NCBI GenBank assembly: GCA_041394285.1 | Contig: JAWKIL010000009.1 | Location: forward strand, 108,458-172,457 | DNA: 64,000 nt | Reading direction: 5' to 3' | From: Acidimicrobiales bacterium | GTDB taxonomy: Bacteria > Actinomycetota > Acidimicrobiia > Acidimicrobiales > SZUA-35 | Part shown: in pieces, positions 39,364 to 50,021 of the stretch | Layout of the letters: every line of letters starts with the position of its first letter | How positions within the stretch are numbered: the stretch's first letter is position 1 | Made by a program: the position numbers and the translations under genes | Notes under the pieces: generated by a model | What the model saw: only the letters and a program-made list of their open reading frames with translations | Told to the model about the DNA's origin: nothing | Databases searched by the model: none

Positions 39364-42344
39364 TGCCGGTCGTCCTTCGGTCGCAGCAGGATCTCGACCG
39401 GGGCCAGCGCCGGGTCGGGGCGCACGCTGTCCCATTCCCGTTGACGGTCGGTGGGACACACCCGGTCGAAGTCGCAGTAGCGGCAGTTCTCGTAGCTCAC
39501 CCTCGGCCAGCCGATGGCGTCGCCGGGAACGCCGGGAAACAGGCCGCCGGAGATCCCGTCGAGGGCGGCGCCGACCATGGTGAGCAGCTCGGTCTCCAGC
39601 TCGTCCTCCAGCTCGATGGGCCGGAGATCGGCCTTGGACGTGAGCCAGTAGAGCGCGGTGCGGGGCCCCGCATAGCCGAGCTTCTCGGCCACCACCCGGG
39701 CGTAGAGCGGGAGCTGGAGGCGCCGGCCGCCCTTGAGCGGATCGTCCTTGATGCCGTCGAACGCCCGGCCCGAACCCCCCTTGTAGTCGATCACGAGCAG
39801 ACCGCCGTCCTCGGTGGCGTCGACCCGGTCCACCCGGCCCCGCAGGCGCAGGGTGCGGCCGTCGGGCAGGGTGAGCACGGTGAGGTCGTCGTCGAAGCCG
39901 AACGCCAGCTCCACGTGGGACGGGGTGGACCGGCGGGCCGCCCGCATGGCGTCGTCGGTGGCCAGGAACTGCTCCATCTCCACCCGCAGCCGGCGTTCCA
40001 GGATGATCGTGCTCACTCGGCCCCCGGTGAGGCCCCGGCCCTGGGCTCCGGCCAGCTCCTCCACCAGCACCGCCAGCAGATGGGCCCGCCGGTCGGCCGA
40101 CCACGGCTCGCCCGGCGCCGGCACCTCCCCCGACAGGATCGACTCGGCGATGAAGCGCTCCAGCACGGCGTGGGTGAGGTTCCCCCGGTCCAGCGGCGTG
40201 ATCTCGTCGATCCGTTCGGGGCGCTCGTCGTCGGACAACCGCAGCACCCGCTCGAACAGGTACCGGCGGGGGCACCCGGCGTAGGTTTCGAGGGCGGTGG
40301 CCGACAACAGCCATTCCGTGGCGTCGATCACGCCGGCCGGCACCCGGCCCACGTGGGGATTGAGGTCTCCCCGGCGCCGGTTCAGGTTCCGGGTGAGGTT
40401 GCGGGACAGCACCGGATCGAGGTGGGCCAGCTCGTGGGTGTTGACCGGGTCGCCCCCGTCGACGTGGGTGATGAGATCCCGCAGGCCGGCGTCGGCCACC
40501 GACGCCGGGCGCCCATGGTCGGCCAGGCCCCGCCGGTGCGACTCGAGCACGGTGCGGCTGGCCACCAGCGGGTTCAGGACCCGGGGCCAGGACCGCGAGC
40601 GGATGCTGCGCATGTCGCCCCGGGCCGTCAGCAGGAGCGGGGCCTGGCGGGTGCCGGCCAGCACGGCGGCCACGGCCCGGACGTCGAGCTCGCCCACCGC
40701 CTCGGTGGGGGCCAACAGGCCCCGGGCCTCGGCCCGCAGGCGATCAGGCAGGAGCGAGTCTTCCCGAGGGGTGCGGGGGAACGACCCCTCGACCAGGCCG
40801 ACCACGGCCACCCGTTCGAACGCCAGCCCGGCGGCCGAGCTCACGGGGGCCACCAGCACGCCCGTGCCGAGGGGCCGGCCCTGCATCCGGCGCTGCTCCA
40901 GCTGGGCCGACACCATGGAGGCGAAGCCGGCCAGGCCGGGGCGGGGCTGCAACGGCTCCAGGCGGGCCAGCTGGGCCAGAAGGTCCACCACGGCGGCCCG
41001 GGCCGTGCGCTCCTCGGCCGGCCAGGCACCGGCCTGGTCCGCCGGCAGGTAGCGGTCGAGCAGGGCCCGGGCCCATGCCCCCCACTGCTCCCACGTGACC
41101 GCCTCGGGATGGGGCCACAACCGCTCGCTCAGCTCGGCCACGAAGGCGGCCAGGCCGCGCACCAGCCCGGCCTCGGGCTCGGCGGTGTGGACCGCCATGT
41201 CCTCCAGCCGGGGCAGCCAGTGGGCGTGTTCCACGATCCCGGCCCGGCGCGACAGCCGGTCCCAGGCCGGCGCCGGCACCGGCGCCCCCTCGGCCGTGGT
41301 GACAGGACCGGTGGCCAGGAAGGCGACCACGGCGGTCCGGTCGAGACCGTCGGCGGCCAGGGCCAGCAGGCGGCCCAGGAGGCGGCCGGCCAACGACGAC
41401 GACAGCGGCCGGTGCCCCGGGCCGCACCACGGCAGGCCGGCCCCCTCCAGATGCTCGTGGAGGAGGCTGGCGTAGGGGTCGGTGGCGGTGTAGAGCACGG
41501 CCATGGCGGCGAGGGGCGCACCGAGGGCGGCGTGGGCCACCAGATCACGGACCGCCGCCCGTACCTCGTCCTCCGGATCGGCCACCTCGAGCACCACCGC
41601 CTGGCCGGCGCCTCCGGCCGCCACGCCTTCGATCTGGATGCCCCAGGCGGCCAGCCGGTCGAGGTGGCGCCGGTCTACCCCGGGCTCGCCGGTGACGCCC
41701 ACCACCACCGTGCAGTCGGCCCGACGGGCCAGGGCCGCCACCAGGCGCCCCTCGAAGGGGCGGGCCGGCTCGGGCAGGTGGAGCACGATCGGGCCTCGGG
41801 CGAACGGCGGCAGCGCCTCCAGCTCGGCCAGAGCCCGGTGGAGGAGCCGCTGGCGGGTCTCGGCCCGGCCGGTGCGTCCGTTCGCCCCCCGGATGACCCG
41901 AATGGCGTCGTTGGCCAGGCCGGAGCCGGCGAGCTGCATCCGCTCCAGCACGTCGTCGTCGAGGCCGTCGAGCTGGCGGTGGAGGGCGACGAGCCGCTCC
42001 TCGGTGGTTCGGTGGTCGGCCACCCGCCCGAACAGGCCGGGCTGGGCCGCCAGCTCGCCCCGGATGGCGGCCTGGATCTCCACCGGGTCGCCGACATGGC
42101 GGCCGTCGGCGATCAGGCCGGGCCCGGCCAGATCGTCGGCCAGCTGGTCGAGCGTCACCACGGCGACGTTGGCCACCCCACCGGCCCGGCGGCCCAGCGC
42201 CCGCCGCACCCCCACCGACACCAGCGGCCCGGAGCACACCACCAGGGCCGGGGCCAGCGGGTCCGCCCCCCGGCGATCGACCAGGATCCGGCCCAGCGTC
42301 TCGACCGCGGCCGAGCCGAACCCCGTGGTGGTGACGGTAGCCAT
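39360..42344 (-). CDS. AddB/AdnA-like helicase-nuclease subunit (PD-(D/E)XK nuclease with Fe-S cysteines; no Walker A seen)
   Basis: 994 aa. The C-terminus has LLVIDYKGG and CRYCDFDRVC. No GxGKT motif was found in the N-terminal part. It is translationally coupled to the downstream gene. Confidence 0.75.
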   Translation of the reverse strand: MATVTTTGFGSAAVETLGRILVDRRGADPLAPALVVCSGPLVSVGVRRALGRRAGGVANVAVVTLDQLADDLAGPGLIADGRHVGDPVEIQAAIRGELAAQPGLFGRVADHRTTEERLVALHRQLDGLDDDVLERMQLAGSGLANDAIRVIRGANGRTGRAETRQRLLHRALAELEALPPFARGPIVLHLPEPARPFEGRLVAALARRADCTVVVGVTGEPGVDRRHLDRLAAWGIQIEGVAAGGAGQAVVLEVADPEDEVRAAVRDLVAHAALGAPLAAMAVLYTATDPYASLLHEHLEGAGLPWCGPGHRPLSSSLAGRLLGRLLALAADGLDRTAVVAFLATGPVTTAEGAPVPAPAWDRLSRRAGIVEHAHWLPRLEDMAVHTAEPEAGLVRGLAAFVAELSERLWPHPEAVTWEQWGAWARALLDRYLPADQAGAWPAEERTARAAVVDLLAQLARLEPLQPRPGLAGFASMVSAQLEQRRMQGRPLGTGVLVAPVSSAAGLAFERVAVVGLVEGSFPRTPREDSLLPDRLRAEARGLLAPTEAVGELDVRAVAAVLAGTRQAPLLLTARGDMRSIRSRSWPRVLNPLVASRTVLESHRRGLADHGRPASVADAGLRDLITHVDGGDPVNTHELAHLDPVLSRNLTRNLNRRRGDLNPHVGRVPAGVIDATEWLLSATALETYAGCPRRYLFERVLRLSDDERPERIDEITPLDRGNLTHAVLERFIAESILSGEVPAPGEPWSADRRAHLLAVLVEELAGAQGRGLTGGRVSTIILERRLRVEMEQFLATDDAMRAARRSTPSHVELAFGFDDDLTVLTLPDGRTLRLRGRVDRVDATEDGGLLVIDYKGGSGRAFDGIKDDPLKGGRRLQLPLYARVVAEKLGYAGPRTALYWLTSKADLRPIELEDELETELLTMVGAALDGISGGLFPGVPGDAIGWPRVSYENCRYCDFDRVCPTDRQREWDSVRPDPALAPVEILLRPKDDRQ

Positions 42345-42404
42345 CGCCCGATCAGGCTACGGCGCCCCTGTGACAGTGTGGTTGGGCTCTTCGCCCCGAG
42401 GGGC

Positions 42405-43763
42405 TCAGTCCCAGAGGCGGTCGAGGACGTCGAGCCAGAGCTGGACGGTGAGGCGGAGCGACTCGATGTCGATCCGCTCGTCGTGGCCGTGGAAGCGGCG
42501 GAAGAACTCCTGGGAGTCCACGGTGGCGCTGAGCAGGCCGGCCCCGTAGGCCACGGCCCCCCGTTTGCGGAAGAAGCGGGCGTCGGTGCCGCCGGTGACG
42601 ATGCTGGGCACGATCCGGGCCTGGGGGTAAGCGGCCTGCATGGAGCCGGCGAGGGCGTCCCACAGCCGGTTGTCGGTCGGCGAGGCGGTGGACGGGTCTT
42701 CGTGGATGACCTCCAGCTCCACCCGGTCGAACAGGTCGTCGCCCAGGGCGTTGCGCAGGTGCTGGTTGACGTCGTCGCCCGTCTCGCCGGGCAGGGTGCG
42801 GATGTCGACGTCGATGGCCACCCGGTCGGGGATCACGTTGGTCTTCACCCCGCCGTGCACCACGTTGGGGCTGAACGTGGTGTGGCAGCAGGCATGGGCG
42901 TTGGCCGCCGTCTGGGGCGGCAGCTCGGCCAGGGCGTCGCGCACCCGGCCCGGGTCGAGCAGCTTGGCCGCCAGCTCGTCGGGCAGGCCCATGGCCTGGA
43001 CCCGGGCCGCCCACAGCTCGTCGAGCTGGGGGGCGGGGGCGTAGGCACTGATCCGGCGCACCACCTCGGCCGCCGTGACCAGGGCGTTGTCGCTGCCCCA
43101 GGGCATCGAGCCGTGCCCCGGGGTGCCCTTCACCGTCACCCGCCGCCAGCCGATCCCCTTCTCGGCCGTGGTCACCAGGATGCTCGACCCCTTGGGCGTG
43201 TGGAGCGGTATGCCGCCGAACTCGGTGAGCACGTAATCGCAGCGCAGCTCGTCCCAGTTGCTCTCCACCAGGGGCTCGGCCCCCCACCGGCCGCCGGCTT
43301 CCTCGTCGGCCACGGCGAAGTAGACCACGTCGCCCGGCAGGCGGCGGCCGCTGGCCACCAGATGGCGGAACACGGTGGTCATCGACGCCGTCAGGTTCAG
43401 CATGTCCACCGCTCCCCGACCCCAGATCTCGCCGTCGATCAGCTCGCCGCCGAAGGGATCGTGCCGCCACCCCTCGGGCGACACCGGCACCACGTCGGTG
43501 TGGCCCATGAGGCACAGGGCCGGAGCGTCGGGGTCGGTGCCCGGCCAGCGGGCGATGAGCGAGCTGCGGCCGGGCAGGATGTCGAACATCTGGAGGTCGA
43601 CCCCGGTGCCCTCCAACTCGTCGCGCAGGAGCCGGGCGCTGCGCTCCTCCTGGCCCGACTCCCGGGTGCCGTCGTTCACGCACTGGTTGCGGATCAGCGC
43701 CTGCAGCAGCTCCACCGTCTCGTTGGTCAGGGTGTCGGTGACGTCTCGGGCCATGGCCGCCAT
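42405..43763 (-). CDS. M20/M25/M40-family metallopeptidase (dipeptidase-like)
   Basis: LMGHTDVVP, FAVADEEAGG and the C-terminal FHGHDERI are present. Confidence 0.85.
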   Translation of the reverse strand: MAAMARDVTDTLTNETVELLQALIRNQCVNDGTRESGQEERSARLLRDELEGTGVDLQMFDILPGRSSLIARWPGTDPDAPALCLMGHTDVVPVSPEGWRHDPFGGELIDGEIWGRGAVDMLNLTASMTTVFRHLVASGRRLPGDVVYFAVADEEAGGRWGAEPLVESNWDELRCDYVLTEFGGIPLHTPKGSSILVTTAEKGIGWRRVTVKGTPGHGSMPWGSDNALVTAAEVVRRISAYAPAPQLDELWAARVQAMGLPDELAAKLLDPGRVRDALAELPPQTAANAHACCHTTFSPNVVHGGVKTNVIPDRVAIDVDIRTLPGETGDDVNQHLRNALGDDLFDRVELEVIHEDPSTASPTDNRLWDALAGSMQAAYPQARIVPSIVTGGTDARFFRKRGAVAYGAGLLSATVDSQEFFRRFHGHDERIDIESLRLTVQLWLDVLDRLWD

Positions 43764-43920
43764 CCTCGCACCGGCCGGAGGCTGGAGCCAGTGTCCGGCG
43801 AGGTGTCTCTTCCCGGGCTCACCGGCGCCAGGATCGGCGCACCAGCCAGTACGGTGATGGCCCTACGGGCGGTTCGGTCCCGGGCGGGGCGGACGACGAG
43901 GTCGCCCCTCATTGCCAAGC

Positions 43921-44967
43921 ATGATTCCACGCGCCCACCATCCACGCTCCGGCTCCGGCCGCCGCCGGCTGCCGATCGCCGTCGCCGCCGCGCTGCTCAT
44001 GGCCGCCTGCTCCGACGGCCGTGACGGCCGGAGTCGACGCCGCCATCGGTGACGTTGGGCGGCGCCGAGGCCCGACCCGGCCGTGCCGGCGGCGGCCGAC
44101 GTCACCGTGTGCCGAGGGCCCGATCGGGCCCGCTCGCTCCCTCGGCCCCGGCCGCCGACATCCCTGGCGGCGGTGGAGGACGCCACGGCCCTCCCGCGAC
44201 GCCACGGCCCAGATCCGCCGGTTCACCGACTTCCCCCAGCTGGCGACCCCGGAGGGCGCGGTACTGACCGAGATCGGGCCGATGCCCGCAACACCGTGGA
44301 CGGCCAGACGATCACGATCACGTCAGACCTCGCTCGGCGGCGAATCGGTTCGACGAGCTCACCGCCTTCTACCGGGACCAGCTGGCGGCTCTGGGCTGGG
44401 CCGTGACCCTGGACACGGCGGCCACCGGCCCCGGGACGGCGGCCGCCGTCCGCCGGCTGGCCTTCCAGGCCCCTGAGCCCTACCCCCTCGACGACCTGAC
44501 GATCGAGGTGGCGCCGGGGCCTCCGGCTCCCGTCGGCGCGCGCTCGGCGACCAGCCGCCCACCAGCACCGCCCGCCTCCATTACGTGGAGCAGGTGCCGA
44601 CGGCGGAGACGACGGTCCTCCAGCGCTTCCAGGGGTGGGCCACCGGCCTGCCGCTGCCGGTGGGGGGCACGATCACAGGCGCCGGCATCCAGACCAGCAG
44701 CGAGGGCCGGGAGAGCCTCTACTACACGCTGACCGTCACCTACGGCTCGGGAAGCGACCCGGCGGCCCTGGCCGATGCCGTGCGGCGATCACTGCCCACG
44801 CCCGAGTTCGCGGTGGATCCCAAGCCGGCCACGGGCGACGCCCTCGACAACTGGGTCTATCTGACCAGCCCGTTCTTCGCTGACGCCCACGGCTCAGCCC
44901 CCTGCAGTCGGCGGCGGGCCCCATCCTGGTCAACGTCAACGCCCGGGTGCCGTTCACACCCCGGTGA
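43921..44967 (+). pseudogene. Lipoprotein gene fragmented by several frameshifts
   Basis: The ATG at 43921 gives MIPRAHHPRSGSGRRRLPIAVAAALLMAAC (a lipobox), then a stop after ~43 codons. Coding-like blocks continue in other frames: QIRRFTDFPQLATPEGAVLTEIG, DELTAFYRDQLAALGWAVTLD, YVEQVPTAETTVLQRFQGWATGLPLPVGG..., PILVNVNARVPFTPR. Confidence 0.5.
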
Positions 44968-45035
44968 AGTGTTCGGGGCGGGCCGCTGACCAGCCGGTGC
45001 CCGGCCGCCGGCCGGCTGGGCGCCGGGAACGCGCC

Positions 45036-46238
45036 TCAGCGGCGGCTCACGGCGGGGCACCCGCTGGAGGCCAGGTCGCCGGTGAACGGGCCCCGATCGT
45101 GGCTGACGGCATGGCTGACGTCCCAGAACTTCTGGCCATAGGGGGTGAGGTTCCCGCTGTTGTCGTCGGTCCAGAACCCGCTGCGGTCGTTCTTGAGGGC
45201 GTAGAGGGAGAAGTACGCCTCGTCGCCGGTGGCGTGCCACCACAGCAGGCCCACCCCGTAGCGGGGGCCGAGCTCGGCCATGGCGTCGAAGCCGGAAAGG
45301 TTCCACTCCCACGGGCCGGCATTGCCCCACTCCTGGGGGGTGGCCACGCCCAGCTCCCCCACCACCAGCGCCATCCCCTTGCGTTGGGCCGCCTGGATCA
45401 TCGCCTCGTGGTCGGCCGCCGTGCCCTGCCGGCCGGCGATGGCACCGTAGGCGTGCCACCCGAACACGGTGTTGCAGGCGGCGTTGATCCGGTCCCCGGC
45501 GGAGCCGTTCACCACCAGATCGATCCCCTGGGACCACACCGGCAGGTCGACCACGATCAGGTTGTCGGCCCCGGCCTTGCGGATCCGGTTCACGTAGTAC
45601 TCGTGCAGCTTGGCCCACCGGGCGGTGTCGCCCTTGGCGTCGGGCTCGTTGTAGATGTTGAACCAGACGTAGGGGTTGTCGGAGTAGCGCCGAACCATCT
45701 CGTCCCAGAAGCGGCGGATCCGCTTGTCCCGGGCGGTGCCCACCGAGGGGTTCTTGCCCGTCTGGTCGTGGCATTCGAGCATCACCACGATCTTGGCCTC
45801 GGTGAGCTGGCGGATCACCGGGTCGATGCCGTTCACCAGCTCCTTGAACGAGGGCACGCCCGAGCGGTTGTCGCAGATCAGGGTGGCCCGGATGATGTTC
45901 CAGTTCCAGGCCTTCACGCTGTCGACGTGGTCGTTGACCCCACCGTTGTTGCCCTCGAACACGTAGCCGTAGGGGGTGAACTTGAGGGCGGCGTTGGCCC
46001 CTATGGGGTAGAAGATGTTGCCGTCGGGTCCCACGATGTCGGACCCCACCACGTAGAAGCGCCCCGTGGCTGAAGGGGCGCCGGCCGGGTCTGCCGTCGC
46101 CGGGGCGATGGTGGGCGCAGCAGGGGCCGCGGTGCCGTCGGCCGGGGTGGCGGCGACGGCCAGCACCAGGCAGAGCAGGGTGGCGAAGGCGGCCAGGACG
46201 CGGCGGACAGCCGGCGGGAGCGTCGGGGCGGGAACCAT
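45036..46238 (-). CDS. Secreted glycoside hydrolase family 5 (cellulase/mannanase-like)
   Basis: The protein has a signal peptide. The acid/base motif is WFNIYNEP and the nucleophile motif is VVGELG. FGWHAYG is also present. Confidence 0.75.
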   Translation of the reverse strand: MVPAPTLPPAVRRVLAAFATLLCLVLAVAATPADGTAAPAAPTIAPATADPAGAPSATGRFYVVGSDIVGPDGNIFYPIGANAALKFTPYGYVFEGNNGGVNDHVDSVKAWNWNIIRATLICDNRSGVPSFKELVNGIDPVIRQLTEAKIVVMLECHDQTGKNPSVGTARDKRIRRFWDEMVRRYSDNPYVWFNIYNEPDAKGDTARWAKLHEYYVNRIRKAGADNLIVVDLPVWSQGIDLVVNGSAGDRINAACNTVFGWHAYGAIAGRQGTAADHEAMIQAAQRKGMALVVGELGVATPQEWGNAGPWEWNLSGFDAMAELGPRYGVGLLWWHATGDEAYFSLYALKNDRSGFWTDDNSGNLTPYGQKFWDVSHAVSHDRGPFTGDLASSGCPAVSRR

Positions 46239-46298
46239 GCCCCTCCCGTCGGCCAGGGGCCGGGCCGGTGTATGGGTCGAACGACCGGGGGAACGACC

Positions 46299-46329
46299 GG
46301 GCCGGCGGCCCCGAGGGAACCGCCGGCCC
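46299..46329 (-). terminator. Hairpin downstream of etfA (10-bp GC stem)
   Basis: The stem is gggccggcgg / ccgccggccc with an 11-nt loop. It lies 34 nt past the etfA stop. There is no U-tract. Confidence 0.4.
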
Positions 46330-46362
46330 GAGTCGGGGTCGTATGGAGTTGCGGGCCGGACC

Positions 46363-47331
46363 TCAGCGCTTGGACAGCGCCTCGAGGATCTGGGGCATCA
46401 CCTTGTGCACGTCGCCCACGATGCCGAGGTCGGCCACGGCGAAGATCGGGGCCTCGGGATCCTTGTTGATGGCGATGATGTTCTTGGAGCCCTTCATGCC
46501 CACCAGGTGCTGGGTGGCGCCGGAGATGCCGCAGGCGATGTACACCGTGGGCTTCACCACCTTGCCGGTCTGGCCCACCTGCTGGGAGTAGGGCACCCAG
46601 CCGGCATCCACGATGGCCCGGGAGGCGCCGGCCGCCCCCTTGAGCGCCTTGGCCAGATCAGCCACCATCGAGTACTTCGACGCCTCGCCCAGGCCCCGGC
46701 CGCCGGAGACCACGATGGCGGCCTCGTCGAGCTTGGGGCCCTCCGACTCCTCCACGTGGCGCTCGGTGACCACGGCACCGCCGGAGGCGCCCAGGTCGGG
46801 CACGTCGAGGTCTTCCACGTCGGCCGAGCCGCCACCCGAGGGCTCGGCGGCGAACGACTTCGGGCGCACCAGGGCGATGAAGGGGCCCTCGCCGGTGAAC
46901 TTGGTCTTGACGTCGGTGGTGCCGCCAAACACGGGCTCGGAGGCCACCAGGGCGTCGCCGTCGAGCTCGAGGTCGACGCAGTTGGTGAGCACCGTGCGGT
47001 CGAGCTTCACCGACAGCCGGGCGGCCGTGTCGCGTCCGTCGTAGGTGGTGGCGGCGATGATGGCGTCGGGGCCGTCGCCGGCCTCGACGGCGGCGGCGAT
47101 GGCGGCGGCCAGCGGCACGCCCACCAGGGCCCCCTCGAGATCGCCGGTCTGGTGGATGGTCTCGCAGCCGTACTCGCCGAGGGTGTCGGCCAGCTCGTCG
47201 GCGTCGTCACCGGCGTAGACGCACTCCACGGTGTCGGCCAGCTCGCGGGCCTTGGTCAGCAGCTCCAGCGTGGTGGTGGCCACCTCGCCGTCCTCGGCCT
47301 CGGCCAGGACCCAGATCTTGGACAGTGTCAT
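46363..47331 (-). CDS. etfA: Electron transfer flavoprotein subunit alpha
   Basis: The FAD-binding region is VSGGRGLG...[16 protein letters not shown]. 322 aa. Confidence 0.9.
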   Translation of the reverse strand: MTLSKIWVLAEAEDGEVATTTLELLTKARELADTVECVYAGDDADELADTLGEYGCETIHQTGDLEGALVGVPLAAAIAAAVEAGDGPDAIIAATTYDGRDTAARLSVKLDRTVLTNCVDLELDGDALVASEPVFGGTTDVKTKFTGEGPFIALVRPKSFAAEPSGGGSADVEDLDVPDLGASGGAVVTERHVEESEGPKLDEAAIVVSGGRGLGEASKYSMVADLAKALKGAAGASRAIVDAGWVPYSQQVGQTGKVVKPTVYIACGISGATQHLVGMKGSKNIIAINKDPEAPIFAVADLGIVGDVHKVMPQILEALSKR

Positions 47332-47347
47332 GTGCCTCTCCCGCTCC

Positions 47348-48130
47348 TCAGATGACCTTCAGGTTCTCGAGGAACTCGATCACCTTGGTGTAGGACTCGC
47401 CGTCGTCTTCGATGACCTCGCCGGCCGAGCGGGCCGGGGCGGCCGCGATGTCGACGATCTCCTGGCCGGCGCCGGCCCAGCCGACCTGGCCGGCGTCGAA
47501 ACCGAGGTCGGCGGCGGTGCGCTCGTCGACCGGCTTCGACTTGGCGGCCATGATCCCCTTGAACGAGGGGTAGCGGGGCTCCACCACGCCGGCGGTCACG
47601 CTCACCACGCAGGGCAGGGAGCAGGTGACGTCGTCGTAGCCGGCGTTCGTCTGGCGCTGGATCTGCACCTGGCCGCCGTCGACCGTGATGGCCTTGGCCG
47701 CCGTGATCGACGGCAGGTCGAGCACGGCCGCGATCTGGGTGGGCACGGTGCCGGTGTAGCCGTCGGAGCTCTCCGAGCCGGCGATCACCAGATCGACGCC
47801 ATCGCGCTCGCCGATGGCGGCGGCCAGCAGCTTGGCCGTGGTGAGGGCATCGGAGCCGAGCAGCGCCGGGTCGGAGATCAGGGTGGCCGAGGCGGCGCCC
47901 ATGGCCAGCGCCGTGGCCAGGCCCGAGCGCTCGTTGTTGGGGGCCATCGAGACCAGGTGGACGGAACCCTCGCCGGCCTTGTCGACCAGCTGGAGGGCCA
48001 TCTCCACGCCGTAGGTGTCCGACTCGTCGAGGATCAGCTTGACGTCCCGTTTGAGGGTCTTGGTACCGGGGTCAAGCGCCCCCGGATCAGCCGGATCAGG
48101 GATTTGTTTCACGCACACGACCACATTCAT
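47348..48130 (-). CDS. etfB: Electron transfer flavoprotein subunit beta
   Basis: MNVVVCVKQIPD... is present. 260 aa. It lies directly upstream of etfA. The ATG at 48130 was chosen. Confidence 0.9.
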   Translation of the reverse strand: MNVVVCVKQIPDPADPGALDPGTKTLKRDVKLILDESDTYGVEMALQLVDKAGEGSVHLVSMAPNNERSGLATALAMGAASATLISDPALLGSDALTTAKLLAAAIGERDGVDLVIAGSESSDGYTGTVPTQIAAVLDLPSITAAKAITVDGGQVQIQRQTNAGYDDVTCSLPCVVSVTAGVVEPRYPSFKGIMAAKSKPVDERTAADLGFDAGQVGWAGAGQEIVDIAAAPARSAGEVIEDDGESYTKVIEFLENLKVI

Positions 48131-48170
48131 GGCGGGGATGGTAGGCGACTGGATCGGCCACGGCACACTT

Positions 48171-49097
48171 GTGCCCGTGCGACTGGCCCTGATCGTGAAC
48201 CCCATCGCCTCGTCGGTCACCAGGCGGGCGCTGGTGGTCATCCAGAAGGCGCTGGCGTCGGACCATTCGCTCACGGTGTCGGAGACCAACCGCAAGGGCC
48301 AGGCCATCCGGCTGGCCCACGCCGCGGCCCGGGCCGGGGCCGACGTGATCGTGGCCCTGGGGGGCGACGGGACCATAAACGAGGTGGCCAACGGGGTGCT
48401 GGGCGAGGCCTGCGCCATCGCTCCCCTGCCCGGCGGTTCCACCAATGTCTTCGCCCGGGCCGTGGGATACCCCAACGACGCCATCGAGGCCACCGGCGTG
48501 CTGCTGGAGGCGCTCGCCGCCGATCGGTCGATCATGGCCAGCGTGGGCCTGGCCAACGACCGGGCCTTCCTGTTCCACTGCGGGGTGGGCTACGACGCCG
48601 CCGTGGTGGACCGGGTGGAGCGGCGGGGGGCGTTGAAGCGGTACCTGGGCCACCCCTTGTTCATCGCCGCCGCCATGGCCACCTGGTTCCGCGACGCCGA
48701 GCGGCGCCGGGGCGGCTTCTCGGTGGAGACCGACGGCGGCATGAGCGCCCGGGGCGTGAAGCAGCTGGTGGCCATGAACACCCGGCCCTACACCTATCTC
48801 GGCACCAAGCCGCTCGATCTGGCCCCCGAAGCCGGGCTCGATGCTCCCCTGACCCTGCTCGCCCTCACCTCTCTCTCCCCCCGGGTGCTGCCGGCGCTCA
48901 CGCAGGGCCTGAGCCGCCCCGGCGGCCTGCCCAGCCGGGGCGCCGCCCGCCACTGGGCCGGTGTGCACTCCGCCGTGGTCACGTCGGTGCGGCCCGTGCC
49001 GTGGCAGCTCGACGGGGAGGCGATGGCCCCGGTCACCGAGCTGCGCCTGGCCCACCGGCCGGAGGCGTTGCGCCTCATCGTCCCCGTGCACCGCTGA
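48171..49097 (+). CDS. Diacylglycerol/lipid kinase family protein (YegS/BmrU-like)
   Basis: RLALIVNPIASS, GGDGTINEV and PLPGGSTNVFAR are present. The start is ambiguous (ATG 48129, ATG 48138 or GTG 48171). Confidence 0.8.
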   Translation: MPVRLALIVNPIASSVTRRALVVIQKALASDHSLTVSETNRKGQAIRLAHAAARAGADVIVALGGDGTINEVANGVLGEACAIAPLPGGSTNVFARAVGYPNDAIEATGVLLEALAADRSIMASVGLANDRAFLFHCGVGYDAAVVDRVERRGALKRYLGHPLFIAAAMATWFRDAERRRGGFSVETDGGMSARGVKQLVAMNTRPYTYLGTKPLDLAPEAGLDAPLTLLALTSLSPRVLPALTQGLSRPGGLPSRGAARHWAGVHSAVVTSVRPVPWQLDGEAMAPVTELRLAHRPEALRLIVPVHR

Positions 49098-49124
49098 GCG
49101 CTCGCCTTCTCTCCCCCTCAACCC

Positions 49125-49173
49125 GGAACTCTGACACCGGATCCCGCCCGGCGGCACGCCACGTCAGAGTTCC
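49125..49173. repeat. Palindromic element (11-bp perfect arms) between convergent genes; second copy of the helD-internal element
   Basis: The arms are ggaactctgac...gtcagagttcc with a 27-nt spacer. It lies between the lipid kinase stop and the GDPD stop. Confidence 0.6.
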
Positions 49174-49189
49174 CAGCCGGGGTTGGCCG

Positions 49190-49897
49190 TCAGCGCTCCC
49201 GGAGGGCGGCGATCGCGGCGGCGGGGTCGTTGGTGATGACGGCGTCGACCCCGAACTGGGCCAGAGCCCGGATGCGATGGGGGTCGTCGACCGTCCACAC
49301 GTTCACGGCCAGGCCGGCACCGTGGGCGGAGGCCACCAGATCGGCGTCGACCAAGGCGTCCTCGGGGTTGAGGGCGCCGACACCGGCCCCGGCCGCCCGG
49401 GCGCACCATTCGTGCGGGCGGCCCGGGGTGCCGGTCCCCACCAGCCAGGCCGTGGCCAGCCCGGGCCCCGCCCGGCGCACCCGGCACACCGTGGCCCAGT
49501 CGAACGAAGACACCAGCACCCGGCCCTCGGCCCCGCGGGCCGCGATCTCGGTCACCACATCGTGAGCCAGGGAACCGGACGGATCGTGGCCCGCCTCGGC
49601 GGCGTCGCCCTTGATCTCCACATTGACGAACCACATCCCGGCCGCCAGCACGTCGCCCAGGCTGGGTACCGACGGTGGCAGCTCGCTGCGCACCGTGGCT
49701 CTGACTAGTCGACCGTCTGAAAGATTGGCGTCATGATGGACGACGAGAGCGCCGTCAGCGGCCCGGCGGACGTCGAGTTCCACGCCATCGGCGCCCTGGG
49801 CGACAGCAAGGCGAAAGGCGGCCAGCGTGTTCTCGGGGGCACCAGCCGACGCCCCCCTATGGCCGATGACCTGCGGTTTCACCGATCCAGCCACCAT
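49190..49897 (-). CDS. Glycerophosphodiester phosphodiesterase
   Basis: VIGHRGASAGAPENT, GADGVELDV and VVHHD are present. Confidence 0.85.
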   Translation of the reverse strand: MVAGSVKPQVIGHRGASAGAPENTLAAFRLAVAQGADGVELDVRRAADGALVVHHDANLSDGRLVRATVRSELPPSVPSLGDVLAAGMWFVNVEIKGDAAEAGHDPSGSLAHDVVTEIAARGAEGRVLVSSFDWATVCRVRRAGPGLATAWLVGTGTPGRPHEWCARAAGAGVGALNPEDALVDADLVASAHGAGLAVNVWTVDDPHRIRALAQFGVDAVITNDPAAAIAALRER

Positions 49898-49990
49898 CCC
49901 CGAGCCCGCCCGCCACTGCCGCTACGGTCACCCCGTCACCCACTCGAAAGATCTTGTGAACTGCGTGTGACATCCAGCGACATCAACTCT

Positions 49991-50019
49991 TTACGAGCTT
50001 CTAACCAATCGACTAGACT
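49991..50019 (+). promoter_or_regulatory. Sigma-70-like promoter candidate upstream of whiB1-like gene
   Basis: The pattern is TTACGA, a 17-nt spacer, then TAGACT. This is the same -10 hexamer as the other WhiB promoter candidate. It lies in a locally AT-richer spacer. Confidence 0.3.
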
Positions 50020-50021
50020 CC

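Noticed and set aside
36127-40314. A 1395-aa track ORF that suggests one giant helicase gene.
   Set aside because: The part upstream of GTG 39363 overlaps the AddB/AdnA-like gene in another frame and has shadow composition. The 3' ~300 nt is the post-frameshift nonsense tail. It was trimmed and re-joined to ORF 35996-36394.
49955-49970. TGTGA-N6-TGTGA considered as a CRP site.
   Set aside because: It is a direct repeat, not an inverted one. It is kept only as context for the better palindrome at 50022-50035.
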